Notes: generated by a model not told the origin, from the letters alone. Positions 1 to 11,006 are shown, counted from the stretch's first letter. The stretch: 64,000 nt of DNA from an uncultured Eubacteriales bacterium (GCA_900544965.1 UQXE01000004.1:2923-66922), one strand, 5' to 3'. Numbers and translations: made by a program.

Positions 1-276
1 AATTCCGGACGCAGAGTGGGAGATCCTAAGCTTTCCTCCGGATTTGGCAATCGTAAGGGTTCCGCCGTTAAAGGAGGCGCCGTTTTCCTCTATGAAATAG
101 CGTCCGTTAATGCTGAAGCTGAGCGTTGTAGCATTATTGGTTGAAAGCTTAACCCTGATATAATCATAATCCCCGCTATTCCCGCTTCCGATGGCGGAAG
201 AATTTGTCATTGGCGCTGCGGAAATCAAGATGAAAAGGACCAGTAAAAAGGCTATAATATTTCTTTTAGCTCTCAT
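1..276 (-). CDS. Secreted protein, N-terminal part only (SpoIID/LytB-domain-like); continues beyond window start
   Basis: Own translation of the minus strand from the ATG at 276 gives MRAKRNIIAFLLVLFILISAAPMTNSSAIGSG...YIRVKLSTNNATTLSFSINGRYFIEENG. A hydrophobic signal peptide is followed by a pattern resembling the start of SpoIID/LytB domain proteins. It is absent from the ORF track because it is truncated. Confidence 0.45.
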   Translation of the reverse strand, partial: MRAKRNIIAFLLVLFILISAAPMTNSSAIGSGNSGDYDYIRVKLSTNNATTLSFSINGRYFIEENGASFNGGTLTIAKSGGKLRISHSASGI

Positions 277-507
277 ATGTAAAATACCCCCAAGACTATA
301 CACAAAAATCCATTATACTTTTATCTATTATAGCATATAATCGGATAGATTGAGATAACATGCATATTAATTAATAAAGAATTCACAATTTCCAATTCCC
401 AGCGCTATGGGATTAAAAAATGCGGACAACTTGCACTGCGCACCTCGGATTTCGCGTTTGAATAAATTATATAAATCGTTATAAGATCTTTAAAGGAGGA
501 GCATGTT

Positions 508-1005
508 ATGATGACATCATATTATACAAAGACGTTCGCTACGCTGATGCTGTTGCCGCCTGTGGCAAGGGCTTCGATACGGGGAAGCGCGGAATATCCT
601 AGGTTAAGAGGGAACCTTAACATATATCAGGCGGACGAGGGCCTGCTGGTTACAACAGAGGTATGGGGGCTGCCTACAAAACAGGGAGAATGCGAAAACA
701 ACATATTTGGGCTTCACATTCATGAGCAAGGAAGATGCACCGGCAGTGCCGGCGATCCTTTTGCCGACGCGGGCGGCCATTATAATCCAGGTCATTGCCC
801 TCACCCCGCTCATGCTGGGGATATGCCGCCGCTATTTGCGTTTAACGGCTATGCGTGGGGGGCGTTTTATACAAGGCGCTTTACGGTTGATGAGGTGGAA
901 GGTCTGTCGGTAATAGTCCATAGCCAGCGCGATGATTTTACATCTCAGCCCGCGGGGGATTCAGGAAAACGTATTGCATGCGGCATAATAAGGATGTTGA
1001 GATGA
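508..1005 (+). CDS. sodC: Cu/Zn superoxide dismutase family protein
   Basis: Metal-ligand motifs are present: GLHIHEQGRC, GGHYNP, HAGDMPPL. An RBS (aaaggagga) lies upstream. Confidence 0.8.
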   Translation: MMTSYYTKTFATLMLLPPVARASIRGSAEYPRLRGNLNIYQADEGLLVTTEVWGLPTKQGECENNIFGLHIHEQGRCTGSAGDPFADAGGHYNPGHCPHPAHAGDMPPLFAFNGYAWGAFYTRRFTVDEVEGLSVIVHSQRDDFTSQPAGDSGKRIACGIIRMLR

Positions 1006-1014
1006 TCAACGCTT

Positions 1015-1052
1015 CGAAACCCGCGCCAAAACCTGTAAACGCGGGTTTTGAA
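1015..1052. terminator. Bidirectional hairpin between convergent sodC-like and degV genes
   Basis: aaacccgcg (1017-1025) pairs with cgcgggttt (1040-1048). The hairpin is flanked by A/T runs. Confidence 0.6.
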
Positions 1053-1059
1053 GCATAGC

Positions 1060-1902
1060 TTATTTTTTTCTTATAAAAAGCACTCCCAGCGTAAACGGAC
1101 CGCAATGGTTTGAGACGGTACAGCCAGCGCGGGTTTCGATAATCTCTTTAAAGTTCCCGTATTCCTCAATGGACTTTCGTACTGAGTCCACTATTTCAGG
1201 CGTGCATGCGGGATGGGTGATAAATATCCTGTCATAGACTATATCGTCCCTGCCCTCGAGCCGGTCGCGGACATATTTGCGCAGAGCGCTGTCAAATGAT
1301 CCCCTGTATTTTTTACCTACGCCCATCTTGCCGTCTTTAACCTCAATACAAGGCTTCAATCCAAGAATATTGCCTCCAAGCGCCGCCAGGGATGAACAGC
1401 GTCCGCCCTTATACAGATAATCAAGCCTTTCAACGACAAAACTGGCTTCAACCCTGCTTACAAGTTCATCCAGGCGCCGCTTTATTGTTTCCGCGGGGAG
1501 ATTCTGTTCAGCCATAAGAGCGGCCTCCATAACAATATGACCGCTTCCTGTAGACAGGTTGCGCGAATCCACAAGATATACGTTTTCAAATTCGCTTGCC
1601 GCAAGCACAGCGTTTTGATGGCATACAGAGAACTCAGAGCTTATATTTATATGTACAACAGAATCCCCGTTGCTGGTAATCCGGCTGAACAGGTCGTAAT
1701 AATCCGATACTCCGGCCGCCGCTGTCTTGCACAGCTTGCCGGTGGAGTCAACATATTTAAAGATATCCGCAGGTGTAACATCTACTCCGTCGCGAAGCTC
1801 TTTGTCGTCAATTATTATATAGAGTGGAAGTATTTCTATATTAAACCGTTTTATAATGTCGCTAGATAAATCGCACGTGCTGTCCGCGCTTATGCGTACC
1901 AT
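1060..1902 (-). CDS. DegV family fatty-acid-binding protein (FakB-like)
   Basis: 280 aa. The N-terminus (RISADSTCDL) and overall pattern are typical of DegV. An RBS (aggagg) is present. Confidence 0.85.
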   Translation of the reverse strand: MVRISADSTCDLSSDIIKRFNIEILPLYIIIDDKELRDGVDVTPADIFKYVDSTGKLCKTAAAGVSDYYDLFSRITSNGDSVVHINISSEFSVCHQNAVLAASEFENVYLVDSRNLSTGSGHIVMEAALMAEQNLPAETIKRRLDELVSRVEASFVVERLDYLYKGGRCSSLAALGGNILGLKPCIEVKDGKMGVGKKYRGSFDSALRKYVRDRLEGRDDIVYDRIFITHPACTPEIVDSVRKSIEEYGNFKEIIETRAGCTVSNHCGPFTLGVLFIRKK

Positions 1903-2063
1903 ATAATCCTCCTAATATTAAAGTAAACGTTAATTATAGGTTTCATAATAAATAACCCGTATTTTTAGAGTATACCAATAGGCCGTCATATTGTCAAATG
2001 TGATGGGAGGACGGCCTAACACGCGCTTATGTTCGCATAAATCCTATACACTAAAACTTAGCA

Positions 2064-2090
2064 TAAAAAAGGCAGGAAATTTCCTGCCTT
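2064..2090 (-). terminator. Rho-independent terminator downstream of serA
   Basis: Perfect hairpin aaggcaggaaatttcctgcctt, followed on the minus strand by TTTTTT. Confidence 0.8.
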
Positions 2091-2112
2091 CAAATGGTTC
2101 TGTGTTGGAAAA

Positions 2113-3021
2113 CTAATTGAAGAATTTCTCAATTATATCTACGATCTCGGCGCCTATACGCTTCTGCGCCTCGTTGGTTGAAGCGCCTATATGCGGCGTA
2201 CAGGAAACCTTGGGATGAGAGTAGAGTTCCACGTTCTTTGGCGGCTCTTCTGCGAATACGTCAAGGCCCGCGCCATAAACCTTTCCACTGTTAAGGGCGT
2301 CTAGCAGGGCTTTCTCGTCTACATTGTTGCCGCGGGAGGTGTTTATGATAACGACTCCATCCTTCATTCTGGATATAGTATCAGCATTAATGAGCGGTTT
2401 GCCGTTAATGCTGGGGGTATGAAGCGATATGAAGTCGGAATTGGCCAACAGCTCATCCATCTCAACATATTTCATATTTTCGTTTTCCAGCTCGGGGATC
2501 TTATATATATCGTAGGCCAGCACCTTCATGCCCAAAGCCTGTGCGCGGCGCCCAAGCGCCTGGCCGATTCTTCCGTAGCCGATAATCCCAAGCGTCTTAC
2601 CCCCAAGTTCGATGCCCTTGTACGCTTTTTTCTCCCATTTGCCCTCGCGCATGGTGTGGCCGGCAATGTTGATAAACCTGGCTACTGAAAACATGTGAGC
2701 GAGTGACAGCTCAGCTACCGTATCAGAGCTTGCCTTGGGGGTATTCATGACCTTTATACCCTTTTCTTCGGCATAAATATGATCGATGTTGTCTATTCCA
2801 ACGCCGCCGCGTATAATTAGCTTAAGCTTTCCCGTCTCGCATGCTGAATCAATTATTGACTTTCTTACCTTTGTAGCGGAGCGTACGACTAAAACATCGA
2901 ATTCCTTAACCTTTTCTGCCAGCGCGTCAGGCTCATAAAACTCCTGTACAACTTCGTGCCCCTGCTGGGTCAGCGCGGCCGCGGCGGATTTATCCATTCC
3001 ATCTGATGCAAGAATACGCAT
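2113..3021 (-). CDS. serA: D-3-phosphoglycerate dehydrogenase (short form, D-2-hydroxyacid dehydrogenase family)
   Basis: NAD-binding motif GIIGYGRIG is present. The gene is adjacent to and co-oriented with serC. RBS aaggag. Confidence 0.8.
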   Translation of the reverse strand: MRILASDGMDKSAAAALTQQGHEVVQEFYEPDALAEKVKEFDVLVVRSATKVRKSIIDSACETGKLKLIIRGGVGIDNIDHIYAEEKGIKVMNTPKASSDTVAELSLAHMFSVARFINIAGHTMREGKWEKKAYKGIELGGKTLGIIGYGRIGQALGRRAQALGMKVLAYDIYKIPELENENMKYVEMDELLANSDFISLHTPSINGKPLINADTISRMKDGVVIINTSRGNNVDEKALLDALNSGKVYGAGLDVFAEEPPKNVELYSHPKVSCTPHIGASTNEAQKRIGAEIVDIIEKFFN

Positions 3022-3055
3022 TGTATAACTCCTTTTTATATATTATCGCAGCTGA

Positions 3056-4144
3056 TTAACCGTTATCCTTTTCAAACTTCTCCATAAAACGTACAAGGGT
3101 TTCAACACCCTCGTAGGGCATTGCATTATATATTGAAGCACGCATTCCGCCAACCGAGCGATGCCCCTTAAGATTACTCATGCCGGCGGCAGCGGTTTCC
3201 TTTATAAACTTGGCGTTCAGGTCGTCGCTATCGGTGCGGAACGTTACGTTCATCATTGAACGGCTTCCCTCCTGAACGGTAGGCTTGAACATACGGCTGG
3301 AATTCAGATAATCATAAAGAAGATTGGCTTTTTTGAGGTTGCGTTCCTTCATGACCTCTAGGCCGCCCATATCACGAAGCCATTCTAGTACAAGTTTACA
3401 TATATAAATCGGATAGCACGGCGGGGTATTATACATTGAATCGTTCTTAGCCATCACCCCATAATTCATCATTACAGGCGTAAAGGGCATTGGTTCGCCT
3501 AAGAGGTCCTTACGAATGATCACAATGGTAAGACCCGCTGGGGCTACGTTTTTCTGTGCGCCGGCATAGATTAGTCCAAACTTTGTAACATCTATAGGCT
3601 CGCTCATTATGCACGAGGACATATCAGCAACAAGCGGCACGCTTCCAGTATCGGGAATATAGTTCCATAAAGTGCCGAAAATCGTATTATTGTAGCAAAT
3701 ATGAACATAGTCGGCATCAGGGTCAAGGTTTAGCTCGCCCTGCTGCGGGATTCTGCTGAAGTTTTCCGATTTTGTAGTTGCAGCGATATTGACCTTGCCG
3801 TATTTTTCGGCTTCTTCAGAAGCTTTTGTTGAAAAGCTGCCCGTTCTGACATAATCGGCCTTGTTGTTTTTGACCATAAGGTTCATGGGAACCATCGCAA
3901 ACTGAAGCGTCGCGCCGCCCTGAAGGAACAGCACCTTATAGTCTTGCGGAATGTTCATAACCTCATGCATGAGGTTTTCCGCCGAGACTATAATGTCGTC
4001 GTAAACCTTTGACCTGTGGCTCATCTCCATAACGCTCATGCCGGAACCCTGATAATTCAGCATTTCCTTCTGGGCCTTTAGCAGCACTTCCTCAGGCAGC
4101 ATTGACGGTCCGGCAGAGAAATTAAAAATCCTGTCGTAAGCCAT
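3056..4144 (-). CDS. serC: Phosphoserine aminotransferase
   Basis: 362 aa with FNFSAGPSMLP at the N-terminus and a class V aminotransferase pattern. Confidence 0.9.
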   Translation of the reverse strand: MAYDRIFNFSAGPSMLPEEVLLKAQKEMLNYQGSGMSVMEMSHRSKVYDDIIVSAENLMHEVMNIPQDYKVLFLQGGATLQFAMVPMNLMVKNNKADYVRTGSFSTKASEEAEKYGKVNIAATTKSENFSRIPQQGELNLDPDADYVHICYNNTIFGTLWNYIPDTGSVPLVADMSSCIMSEPIDVTKFGLIYAGAQKNVAPAGLTIVIIRKDLLGEPMPFTPVMMNYGVMAKNDSMYNTPPCYPIYICKLVLEWLRDMGGLEVMKERNLKKANLLYDYLNSSRMFKPTVQEGSRSMMNVTFRTDSDDLNAKFIKETAAAGMSNLKGHRSVGGMRASIYNAMPYEGVETLVRFMEKFEKDNG

Positions 4145-4203
4145 TTTTTAGATCTCCTGTTCTTAATTTATTGGTGCGGTTCAACCGCTATGTTTTCACG
4201 CGC

Positions 4204-4232
4204 ATTATAACCCTTTAAAAGCTATATATCAA
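4204..4232 (-). promoter_or_regulatory. Predicted sigma-A promoter of serC-serA
   Basis: On the minus strand, TTGATA, a 17-nt spacer and TATAAT lie about 55 nt upstream of the serC start. Confidence 0.5.
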
Positions 4233-4411
4233 CCGCTTTTTGGTTACTTTAAAAGCCATGCAAGCAATATATTAAATGAAAAACAAATTAAAGATTTTTA
4301 ATGCTACAGTTTTTATGCTAATTTTATTAAAGCTATAGATTTAATAAAGAATTTTAGTTATAATGACAGTAATTTGGTAATTTCGATATCATTTTAAGAG
4401 GTGACTATATA

Positions 4412-5629
4412 ATGAGTAATTTTGTTAATCTGAGATCCGAGATTGGACGTCTAAACACGGTTATGCTACACAGGCCTGGAATAGAAGTACAGCAGCTGAT
4501 CCCGGATTATCTTGAAAAAATGCTCTCTGAGGACACCCCACATGTGCCTACTGCTCAGTGTGAGCACGATGAATTTGCGGAAGTACTCCGTATACATGGG
4601 GTTGAAGTGCTGTATCTTGAGGATCTATTTGTAAAGGTAATGGAAGTTGAGAGCCTTAAACGCCAGTTTATTGAGGACTATCTTGTTGTAGGCGAGGTGC
4701 AGGCTGAAAGCCTTAAGGAGGTTATAAGGGAATATCTTGTGTCCAAAACTGCCAAAGCACTGTTTTTTGAGGTTTCAAAGGGGGTAATGCGCAGGGATCT
4801 GGAGGCTTGGACTCCAAAACCGCTGCCGCTTCTGGTTAAGGATGAATACCCATTCTTTACCGACCCCGTTTCTTCGATGTACTTTACACGGGATATAAGC
4901 ATATGCATAGGAAACGGAATGATAGTGAGTTCGATGAGCATGCCGTTTAGACGGCGCGAAACGCTTTTGATGAAATATATACACGACTATCATCCCTTAT
5001 TTAAAGAAGTACCTCTTTGGTATAATAACAGCTTGGGTTACAGCATAGAGGGAGGCGACTGCCTGGTTTTATCCGATAAGGTTATGGCGATAGGCTACAG
5101 CCAGCGCACGAGTCTCGGCGCTATTGAACATGTTGCGGGCAGGTTGCTGCGCAACGGCTATGAGCGGATTATTGTGTTCAACCTGCCAAAGACAAGGAAG
5201 TACATGCACCTTGACGTTATCTGTACCATGATTGATTACGACAAGTTCCTTACCGCTCCCCAAGTATACGAAGGCGCGTTCGACGTATATGAGCTGACGC
5301 TGAAAAAGGATGGGACGCTCTATGCTAACTGTATGAACGAATCCCTTGAAGAGGTGTTTAAGCGCGCGCTTGGACTCAGCGCTGTAGAGTTTATAAAAGT
5401 GGGCGGGGGAGACCCGCTAACGGCAGCCAGGGAACATTGGAATATGGGATCAAACTCCCTCACCATAGCTCCAGGTGAAGTAATAACCTATGATCGCAAC
5501 GACATAACAAACGACATGCTTGTCAAGCGCGGAATAAAGGTCCATACAATTCCTGGGAGCGAATTATCGAAGGGGAGGGGAGGCCCCCGATGCATGAGCA
5601 TGCCAATCAACAGGGAAGATATCGGGTAA
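4412..5629 (+). CDS. arcA: Arginine deiminase
   Basis: 405 aa. The C-terminal catalytic motif GGPRCMSMP and the N-terminal RSEIGRL..VMLHRPG are present. Confidence 0.9.
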   Translation: MSNFVNLRSEIGRLNTVMLHRPGIEVQQLIPDYLEKMLSEDTPHVPTAQCEHDEFAEVLRIHGVEVLYLEDLFVKVMEVESLKRQFIEDYLVVGEVQAESLKEVIREYLVSKTAKALFFEVSKGVMRRDLEAWTPKPLPLLVKDEYPFFTDPVSSMYFTRDISICIGNGMIVSSMSMPFRRRETLLMKYIHDYHPLFKEVPLWYNNSLGYSIEGGDCLVLSDKVMAIGYSQRTSLGAIEHVAGRLLRNGYERIIVFNLPKTRKYMHLDVICTMIDYDKFLTAPQVYEGAFDVYELTLKKDGTLYANCMNESLEEVFKRALGLSAVEFIKVGGGDPLTAAREHWNMGSNSLTIAPGEVITYDRNDITNDMLVKRGIKVHTIPGSELSKGRGGPRCMSMPINREDIG

Positions 5630-5780
5630 TATAAGGAACCGAAGAAAGAATAATATGATACTGTGTTTTCATAGGGCCTGCTTAGCAGGCCCTGTCAGGT
5701 TCATTACCGGTTAGTCCCTGATTAAGCGGCTTATGTCGTGTCTTAGCGGGCACTTGATTCAAAACCCATCGGGAGGAACG

Positions 5781-7214
5781 ATGCCGTATATATTGTCTCT
5801 GCTGAAAATCCTGCCCTTTGCGGCCTTAACCGGATTGCTGGCATACATGCCGGTATATTTTGTTATTCGCAGGCGCATACCTAATATGTATTGGCTTAGG
5901 CATATGATTAACCTTGCATTCGTTACTTATCTTGTCTCCATGTTCTGGATAGTATTTTTGTGGCAGCCCGCGCTGACGAACACCCACTATTTTAACCTCA
6001 TGCCCTTTAGGGAGACGTTATATTACACTTATACATATGGAAATCGTCTGGCGGAATCGCAATTTATGCTGAATATGATAATGTTTCTGCCGTTTGGACT
6101 TATGCTTCCATTGGTCTTTCCAAAGCGTATCAATAGGTTTTATCTTGTGGCGCTTATCTCCCTTGCCGCAACAGCTTTGATTGAAGGCATTCAATACGCT
6201 ATAGGCAGGGTTGGCGATGTGGATGATATGATTGCAAACCTTATGGGAGGAGCAGCGGGCTTTTGCTTATATTCATTATTACGTCATGCGTTGAGGAGAC
6301 GCAAATGGTTCAGAAAGGCCTGCCTCGTAAGGCGGACGTACGGAAGATTCGGAACGGCTGTCCTTACAGTCGTAATGATACTTATTCTGTGCTTCCCAAT
6401 GATAATGGACATTTCCTTCGATCTAAGCGAATTCGGCCTTGTTGCAAGCATGCGCTTGCCGGATGGCACGGAAATAATGGCCAGACTTAACGACGAACCG
6501 GTAAAAACGATGACCTACAAGCAGAAGGCCTGCGATCGTGAGGCCATGGTACGAAGTATTATGGATGCGCTTGAGATAAAGGGAGTTCCTGTTTACAACA
6601 AGGAGGACGGGACCTATGAGGTTTCTGACAACAGCGGCGCCCTTATTTTAACGCAACAATGTGCCTGGACGTATAAAAGAAGCTCCGTTTATGATTACAG
6701 CAGCCAGATCAATTCAGAAGGTAAAATGCCATCCGACGAGCAATATATTGAAGCTGCGGAGCTGGTTGTAAACCCGCTGCTGGATGAGCTGGAGAGCATA
6801 GACGGCGTGAGAACGGAAACAAACAGATATGATAAAGACGGAAAGAATATGATAATGGGCAAAAGTGTTGTTTTCACTTTAAATAACTTAGAAGAGAAGA
6901 CTGTTACGTTTGGAGAGATAATCGTACGAATGGATATTGCGATGAACATTGTTGAAATAGATTCAAAGGCGCGCCGCTATGAGGAATACCGCGAGATCGA
7001 AATAATGCCGACGTTGGACGCCGTACAACACGCCAGAAATTACGGATACAGAATTGAATTCAGAGACGCTACGATAACAAATATTGAGCTTTCCTATTTG
7101 CATAACGCTGCTAAAGCGCAATTATTGCCGGCATATAAGGTCACTATCGAGGCCTACAGTGAGGCGACGGGAGAGAAGAACATATGGGAATCATATATTG
7201 CCGCCATGCGATAG
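5781..7214 (+). CDS. VanZ-family membrane protein fused to a large C-terminal domain of unknown function
   Basis: The N-terminal roughly 190 aa are a polytopic VanZ-like region (NLMPF, MFLPFGL, DVDDMIANLMGG). The start was moved to the ATG at 5781, which follows the RBS gggagga. Confidence 0.7.
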   Translation: MPYILSLLKILPFAALTGLLAYMPVYFVIRRRIPNMYWLRHMINLAFVTYLVSMFWIVFLWQPALTNTHYFNLMPFRETLYYTYTYGNRLAESQFMLNMIMFLPFGLMLPLVFPKRINRFYLVALISLAATALIEGIQYAIGRVGDVDDMIANLMGGAAGFCLYSLLRHALRRRKWFRKACLVRRTYGRFGTAVLTVVMILILCFPMIMDISFDLSEFGLVASMRLPDGTEIMARLNDEPVKTMTYKQKACDREAMVRSIMDALEIKGVPVYNKEDGTYEVSDNSGALILTQQCAWTYKRSSVYDYSSQINSEGKMPSDEQYIEAAELVVNPLLDELESIDGVRTETNRYDKDGKNMIMGKSVVFTLNNLEEKTVTFGEIIVRMDIAMNIVEIDSKARRYEEYREIEIMPTLDAVQHARNYGYRIEFRDATITNIELSYLHNAAKAQLLPAYKVTIEAYSEATGEKNIWESYIAAMR

Positions 7215-7215
7215 G

Positions 7216-7593
7216 TCAAAACAGCATACCCCATATATGGCTGATCAATGATATTGGAATTGCGAACAGCGCCCAGGTCAATGAATAGCGAAGACACACC
7301 TGACCATACAGGTTATATCTATGGTTGGAATAATCCCATATATTCCATCTGAACCGCATATTGACAATATATCCTACTAGAAACTCAACTGAACTAATTA
7401 TAATTAAGCATGCAACGAGTTTTAAAATCATGTGCATGCCGCTGAACTTTGAAAACAGACCATGCAGAAGCAAGAATGATACGCCGCCGGCTATAGCCAT
7501 ACTCCAATGGCTGTAACCGCGGTATAATATTTCTATAATTATATAAACGCCGCCGCCAAATATGAGCGAGGCACACATTTCAAGTAAAGTCAT
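7216..7593 (-). CDS. Small polytopic membrane protein (possibly PF06541-like)
   Basis: 125 aa with four hydrophobic segments. Function unknown. Confidence 0.5.
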   Translation of the reverse strand: MTLLEMCASLIFGGGVYIIIEILYRGYSHWSMAIAGGVSFLLLHGLFSKFSGMHMILKLVACLIIISSVEFLVGYIVNMRFRWNIWDYSNHRYNLYGQVCLRYSLTWALFAIPISLISHIWGMLF

Positions 7594-7693
7594 GGAATTA
7601 AATTGCCCTTAATACCTTACATATATGTGATTTATTCTGTCTAAATTTAGATAATGATGTTATAATAGAAAAAAACGGTAGAGGGGGATAACC

Positions 7694-8419
7694 ATGCCAA
7701 CGGCTATATGGGCACATAGGGGTGCAAGCGCATATGCGCCTGAAAACACATTGGAAGCAATAGAGCTTGCCTTAAGAATGGGAGCGGATGGAATAGAACT
7801 GGATGTACACCGGACAAGGGATGGGAAATTGGTCGTAATTCATGATGAAACGGTGGACAGAACGTCCAACGGTTCGGGCTATGTAAAGGATATGACATGT
7901 GCGGAGCTGAAGAAACTCGATTTTTCAAACGGGTTTGAAAAGTACAGAGGGGCCAGAATTCCCACGCTGAAAGAGGTTTACGGAATGCTAAGGTCAACCC
8001 AGGCTTTGATAAACGTTGAGATAAAGTGCGACAGGGTTATATATCAAGGAATATGCGACGATCTAACAAAACTGGCGCATGAAATGGGAGTGAGCGACAG
8101 GATTATATATTCATCGTTCAACCACTATATGCTCATGGAATGCCGCAAGGCCGCTCCTTCGGCGAGAATTGGGCTTTTATACGGGGAGGCGCTTTACAAT
8201 GCATGGGAGTATGCGCATATGCTTGGCGCTGACGCGCTTCATCCTCCCTATACCGTTGCGCTACAGGCACCGGGATTTATTAGAAATTGCAGGAACGCCC
8301 GTATAGCTATCAATACCTGGACGGTAGACGACGAGGACGCTATCAGGCTTTTGGCGGCGTCAAACGTGAACGCAATAATAACAAACAGGCCTGACATAGC
8401 AAAAAAGGCCATTAATTAA
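7694..8419 (+). CDS. Glycerophosphodiester phosphodiesterase
   Basis: GDPD motifs are present: AHRGAS..PENT, ELDV, VVIHDETVDRT. Confidence 0.9.
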   Translation: MPTAIWAHRGASAYAPENTLEAIELALRMGADGIELDVHRTRDGKLVVIHDETVDRTSNGSGYVKDMTCAELKKLDFSNGFEKYRGARIPTLKEVYGMLRSTQALINVEIKCDRVIYQGICDDLTKLAHEMGVSDRIIYSSFNHYMLMECRKAAPSARIGLLYGEALYNAWEYAHMLGADALHPPYTVALQAPGFIRNCRNARIAINTWTVDDEDAIRLLAASNVNAIITNRPDIAKKAIN

Positions 8420-8489
8420 AATGCGTCTGAGACCATTGAGGGGACCAAAAAGCGTCCCCTCCTGTTAGATAACCCCAATAAAGCTTGTT

Positions 8490-8521
8490 TTAAAAAGAAT
8501 AAAGCGGCGGATATCCGCCGC
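8490..8521 (-). terminator. Terminator downstream of glyQS
   Basis: Hairpin gcggcgg-atat-ccgccgc, followed on the minus strand by TTTATTCTTTTT. Confidence 0.75.
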
Positions 8522-8545
8522 CCTAAATCCTGTCAAAACTCAATA

Positions 8546-9937
8546 CTAAAATTCAACCGCCTTTGCAATAAAAGCTTCAAGCTCAGATATGGGCAGCCTT
8601 ATCTGCTCCATAGTATCCCTTTCACGTACGGTAACCGTATTATCTTCAGCAGTATCAAAATCAATGGTTATACACAGCGGGGTTCCTATCTCGTCCTGCC
8701 TGCGATATCGCTTTCCGATGGCTCCCGTATCGTCATAATCTACCATAAAACGCTTTGAAAGCGATTCAAACACCTCTTTCGCCTTATCCGAAAGCTTTTT
8801 CTGAAGCGGAAGAACCGCAGCCTTATATGGGGCAAGCGCGGGGTGAAGGTGCATTACGTTCCGTATATCCCCGTTTTCTAAAGCCTCCTCGTCATATGCG
8901 TCTACAATGAAAGCCAGCGTTACGCGGTCGGTACCCAAAGAGGGTTCTATGCAGTATGGAACATATTTTTTATTGGTAAACGGATCCTGATATTCAAACT
9001 TCTCTCCAGAGTGATTGGCATGCGAAATCAGATCGAAGTCGGTCCTGTCGGCTATACCCCAAAGCTCGCCCCAACCAAACGGGAAGAGGAACTCAATGTC
9101 GGTGGTTCCATTGGAATAATGCGACAGTTCCTCCTTTTCGTGTTCACGGAGGCGAATGCATGACTCGGTTATTCCAAGTGAGAGAAGAAACTTCTTACAG
9201 AAACCCTTCCAGTACTCATACCATTCAAGATCCGTGCCAGGTTCGCAGAAGAATTCCAGCTCCATCTGTTCAAACTCACGGGTTCTGAACGTAAAGTTGC
9301 CAGGCGTTATCTCATTTCTAAAACACTTTCCTATCTGCGCAACCCCAAACGGGATTTTTTTTCGCATAGAACGCTGCACATTTTTAAAATTTACAAATAT
9401 GCCCTGAGCGGTTTCGGGCCTAAGGTATATCTCGTTTGCCGAATCCTCCGTTACGCCCTGAAAGGTTTTAAACATCATGTTAAACTTGCGTATTCCGGTA
9501 AAATCAGCCTTTCCGCACTCGGGGCATGAGATATCTTTTTCCTTTATATATTGCTGCATGGACTCATTGCTCCATCCGTCGGGATGAACGCCTTCAATCC
9601 CATTTTTAAATGCATAATCTTCGATAAGCTTGTCGGCTCTGAAACGTGCTTTACATGCCTTGCAGTCCATCAGAGGATCATTGAAATTTCCTACGTGGCC
9701 AGAAGCGACCCAAGTTTCCGGATTCATCAAAATTGAGGAATCCATGCCTACGTTGAAGGGTGATTCCTGAACAAATTTTTTCCACCAGGCTTTTTTTACA
9801 TTGTTTTTCAGCTCTACTCCAAGGGGACCGTAATCCCATGTATTGGCTAAGCCTCCGTATATTTCGGACCCTGGAAATATAAAACCGCGGTTCTTGCATA
9901 AAGCCACTATTTTATCCATTGAAAACTTTCTTTCCAT
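8546..9937 (-). CDS. glyQS: Glycine--tRNA ligase (homodimeric class II type)
   Basis: 463 aa with N-terminal [13 protein letters not shown]. Good RBS (aaaggag). Confidence 0.95.
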   Translation of the reverse strand: MERKFSMDKIVALCKNRGFIFPGSEIYGGLANTWDYGPLGVELKNNVKKAWWKKFVQESPFNVGMDSSILMNPETWVASGHVGNFNDPLMDCKACKARFRADKLIEDYAFKNGIEGVHPDGWSNESMQQYIKEKDISCPECGKADFTGIRKFNMMFKTFQGVTEDSANEIYLRPETAQGIFVNFKNVQRSMRKKIPFGVAQIGKCFRNEITPGNFTFRTREFEQMELEFFCEPGTDLEWYEYWKGFCKKFLLSLGITESCIRLREHEKEELSHYSNGTTDIEFLFPFGWGELWGIADRTDFDLISHANHSGEKFEYQDPFTNKKYVPYCIEPSLGTDRVTLAFIVDAYDEEALENGDIRNVMHLHPALAPYKAAVLPLQKKLSDKAKEVFESLSKRFMVDYDDTGAIGKRYRRQDEIGTPLCITIDFDTAEDNTVTVRERDTMEQIRLPISELEAFIAKAVEF

Positions 9938-10051
9938 AATTAATCTCCTTTTTGAGCATCATGTCTATGATATGCATGGACGACGGCTTTGTCAAGAAAC
10001 GCGCTTCCAGGTCTACAGGCTGAGCGCCAGAGGCCTATACTAAAAAGATTA

Positions 10052-10912
10052 TCATTTGCCCAACTTAACATGCCTTGCATAATGGAAGATATATTGCTGT
10101 ATTATTCCAGAGTATTTGCCAAGACGGGCTATCATCTCCCTAAGCTGAGCCTTTGACGGCGGGAGGGAGTTGAAATACAGCTCCTTCATAGCTCTGTCCA
10201 TCCATACGTCTATAGGAAACGCGTCGGTATGCCCAAGGGAGAAAAGAAGCACACAGTCCGCAACTTTTGGTCCCACACCGGGGAACTTGTACAGCTCCTT
10301 TCGGGCTTCGTCCAGCGACATGTTCCTAAGCCCGCCGAGGTCATAGCCGTCCGCGACCATTAAGGCGGATTTCTTTATAAACGGAGCTCTATATCCAGCG
10401 CCTATTGAGTGCAGCTGTTCAACACTCAGCTTGGCAATGGAGCATGGCTCTGGGAACGCAAAATACAATTCTCCGTTAATGCTCAACTGCTGTCCAGCGA
10501 GCCTGCAAAGCCGGTCTATAATACCGCTTATTCGGCCGATGTTATTATTGCTTGATATGATGAAAGAGATCAACGCTTCAAACGGCTCCTGATTGAACAC
10601 ATGAATGCCGGAAGCGTATGGAAGGCAAACGCTCAATATTTCATCATTTAAAATCTCTTTTTCAATCGCCGAGTAATCCCTCTCTAGGTCAAAGTACTTT
10701 GTCCACCAATCGGCGTCGCCTTCCAAGCACGGCTCGATAGAGAGCGTTTTACAATTCAGGGAGACAAACGCCGCACGGTGTCCGGCAATTCCAAACCAGC
10801 CGCCGTCCCTTTGCTTCCATCTGAACGACTGTCCGCAACTGCATGATGATGAAAGGTTGAAGCAGCCAAAGCCCGTAACAAGGGCCTTATTGTCGATATA
10901 ATCAACGCGCAT
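10052..10912 (-). CDS. ogg: 8-oxoguanine DNA glycosylase / AP lyase (Ogg, HhH-GPD family)
   Basis: The OGG N-terminal motif CGQSFRW and an HhH-GPD region (FPGVGPKVADCVLLF) are present. Confidence 0.8.
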   Translation of the reverse strand: MRVDYIDNKALVTGFGCFNLSSSCSCGQSFRWKQRDGGWFGIAGHRAAFVSLNCKTLSIEPCLEGDADWWTKYFDLERDYSAIEKEILNDEILSVCLPYASGIHVFNQEPFEALISFIISSNNNIGRISGIIDRLCRLAGQQLSINGELYFAFPEPCSIAKLSVEQLHSIGAGYRAPFIKKSALMVADGYDLGGLRNMSLDEARKELYKFPGVGPKVADCVLLFSLGHTDAFPIDVWMDRAMKELYFNSLPPSKAQLREMIARLGKYSGIIQQYIFHYARHVKLGK

Positions 10913-11006
10913 TATATTTCCTCCAAATTTACCATTTATTATAACATAAAATTGGGTTTTTTACTTTCGTTTTGGCCATAATACGGTTATACGGCATTTT
11001 TCTGAC

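Noticed and set aside
9938-10051. Possible T-box leader upstream of glyQS
   Set aside because: The leader is only about 114 nt, too short for a T-box. I could not find the conserved T-box sequence or a specifier/antiterminator arrangement. A cmsearch with RF00230 would settle it.
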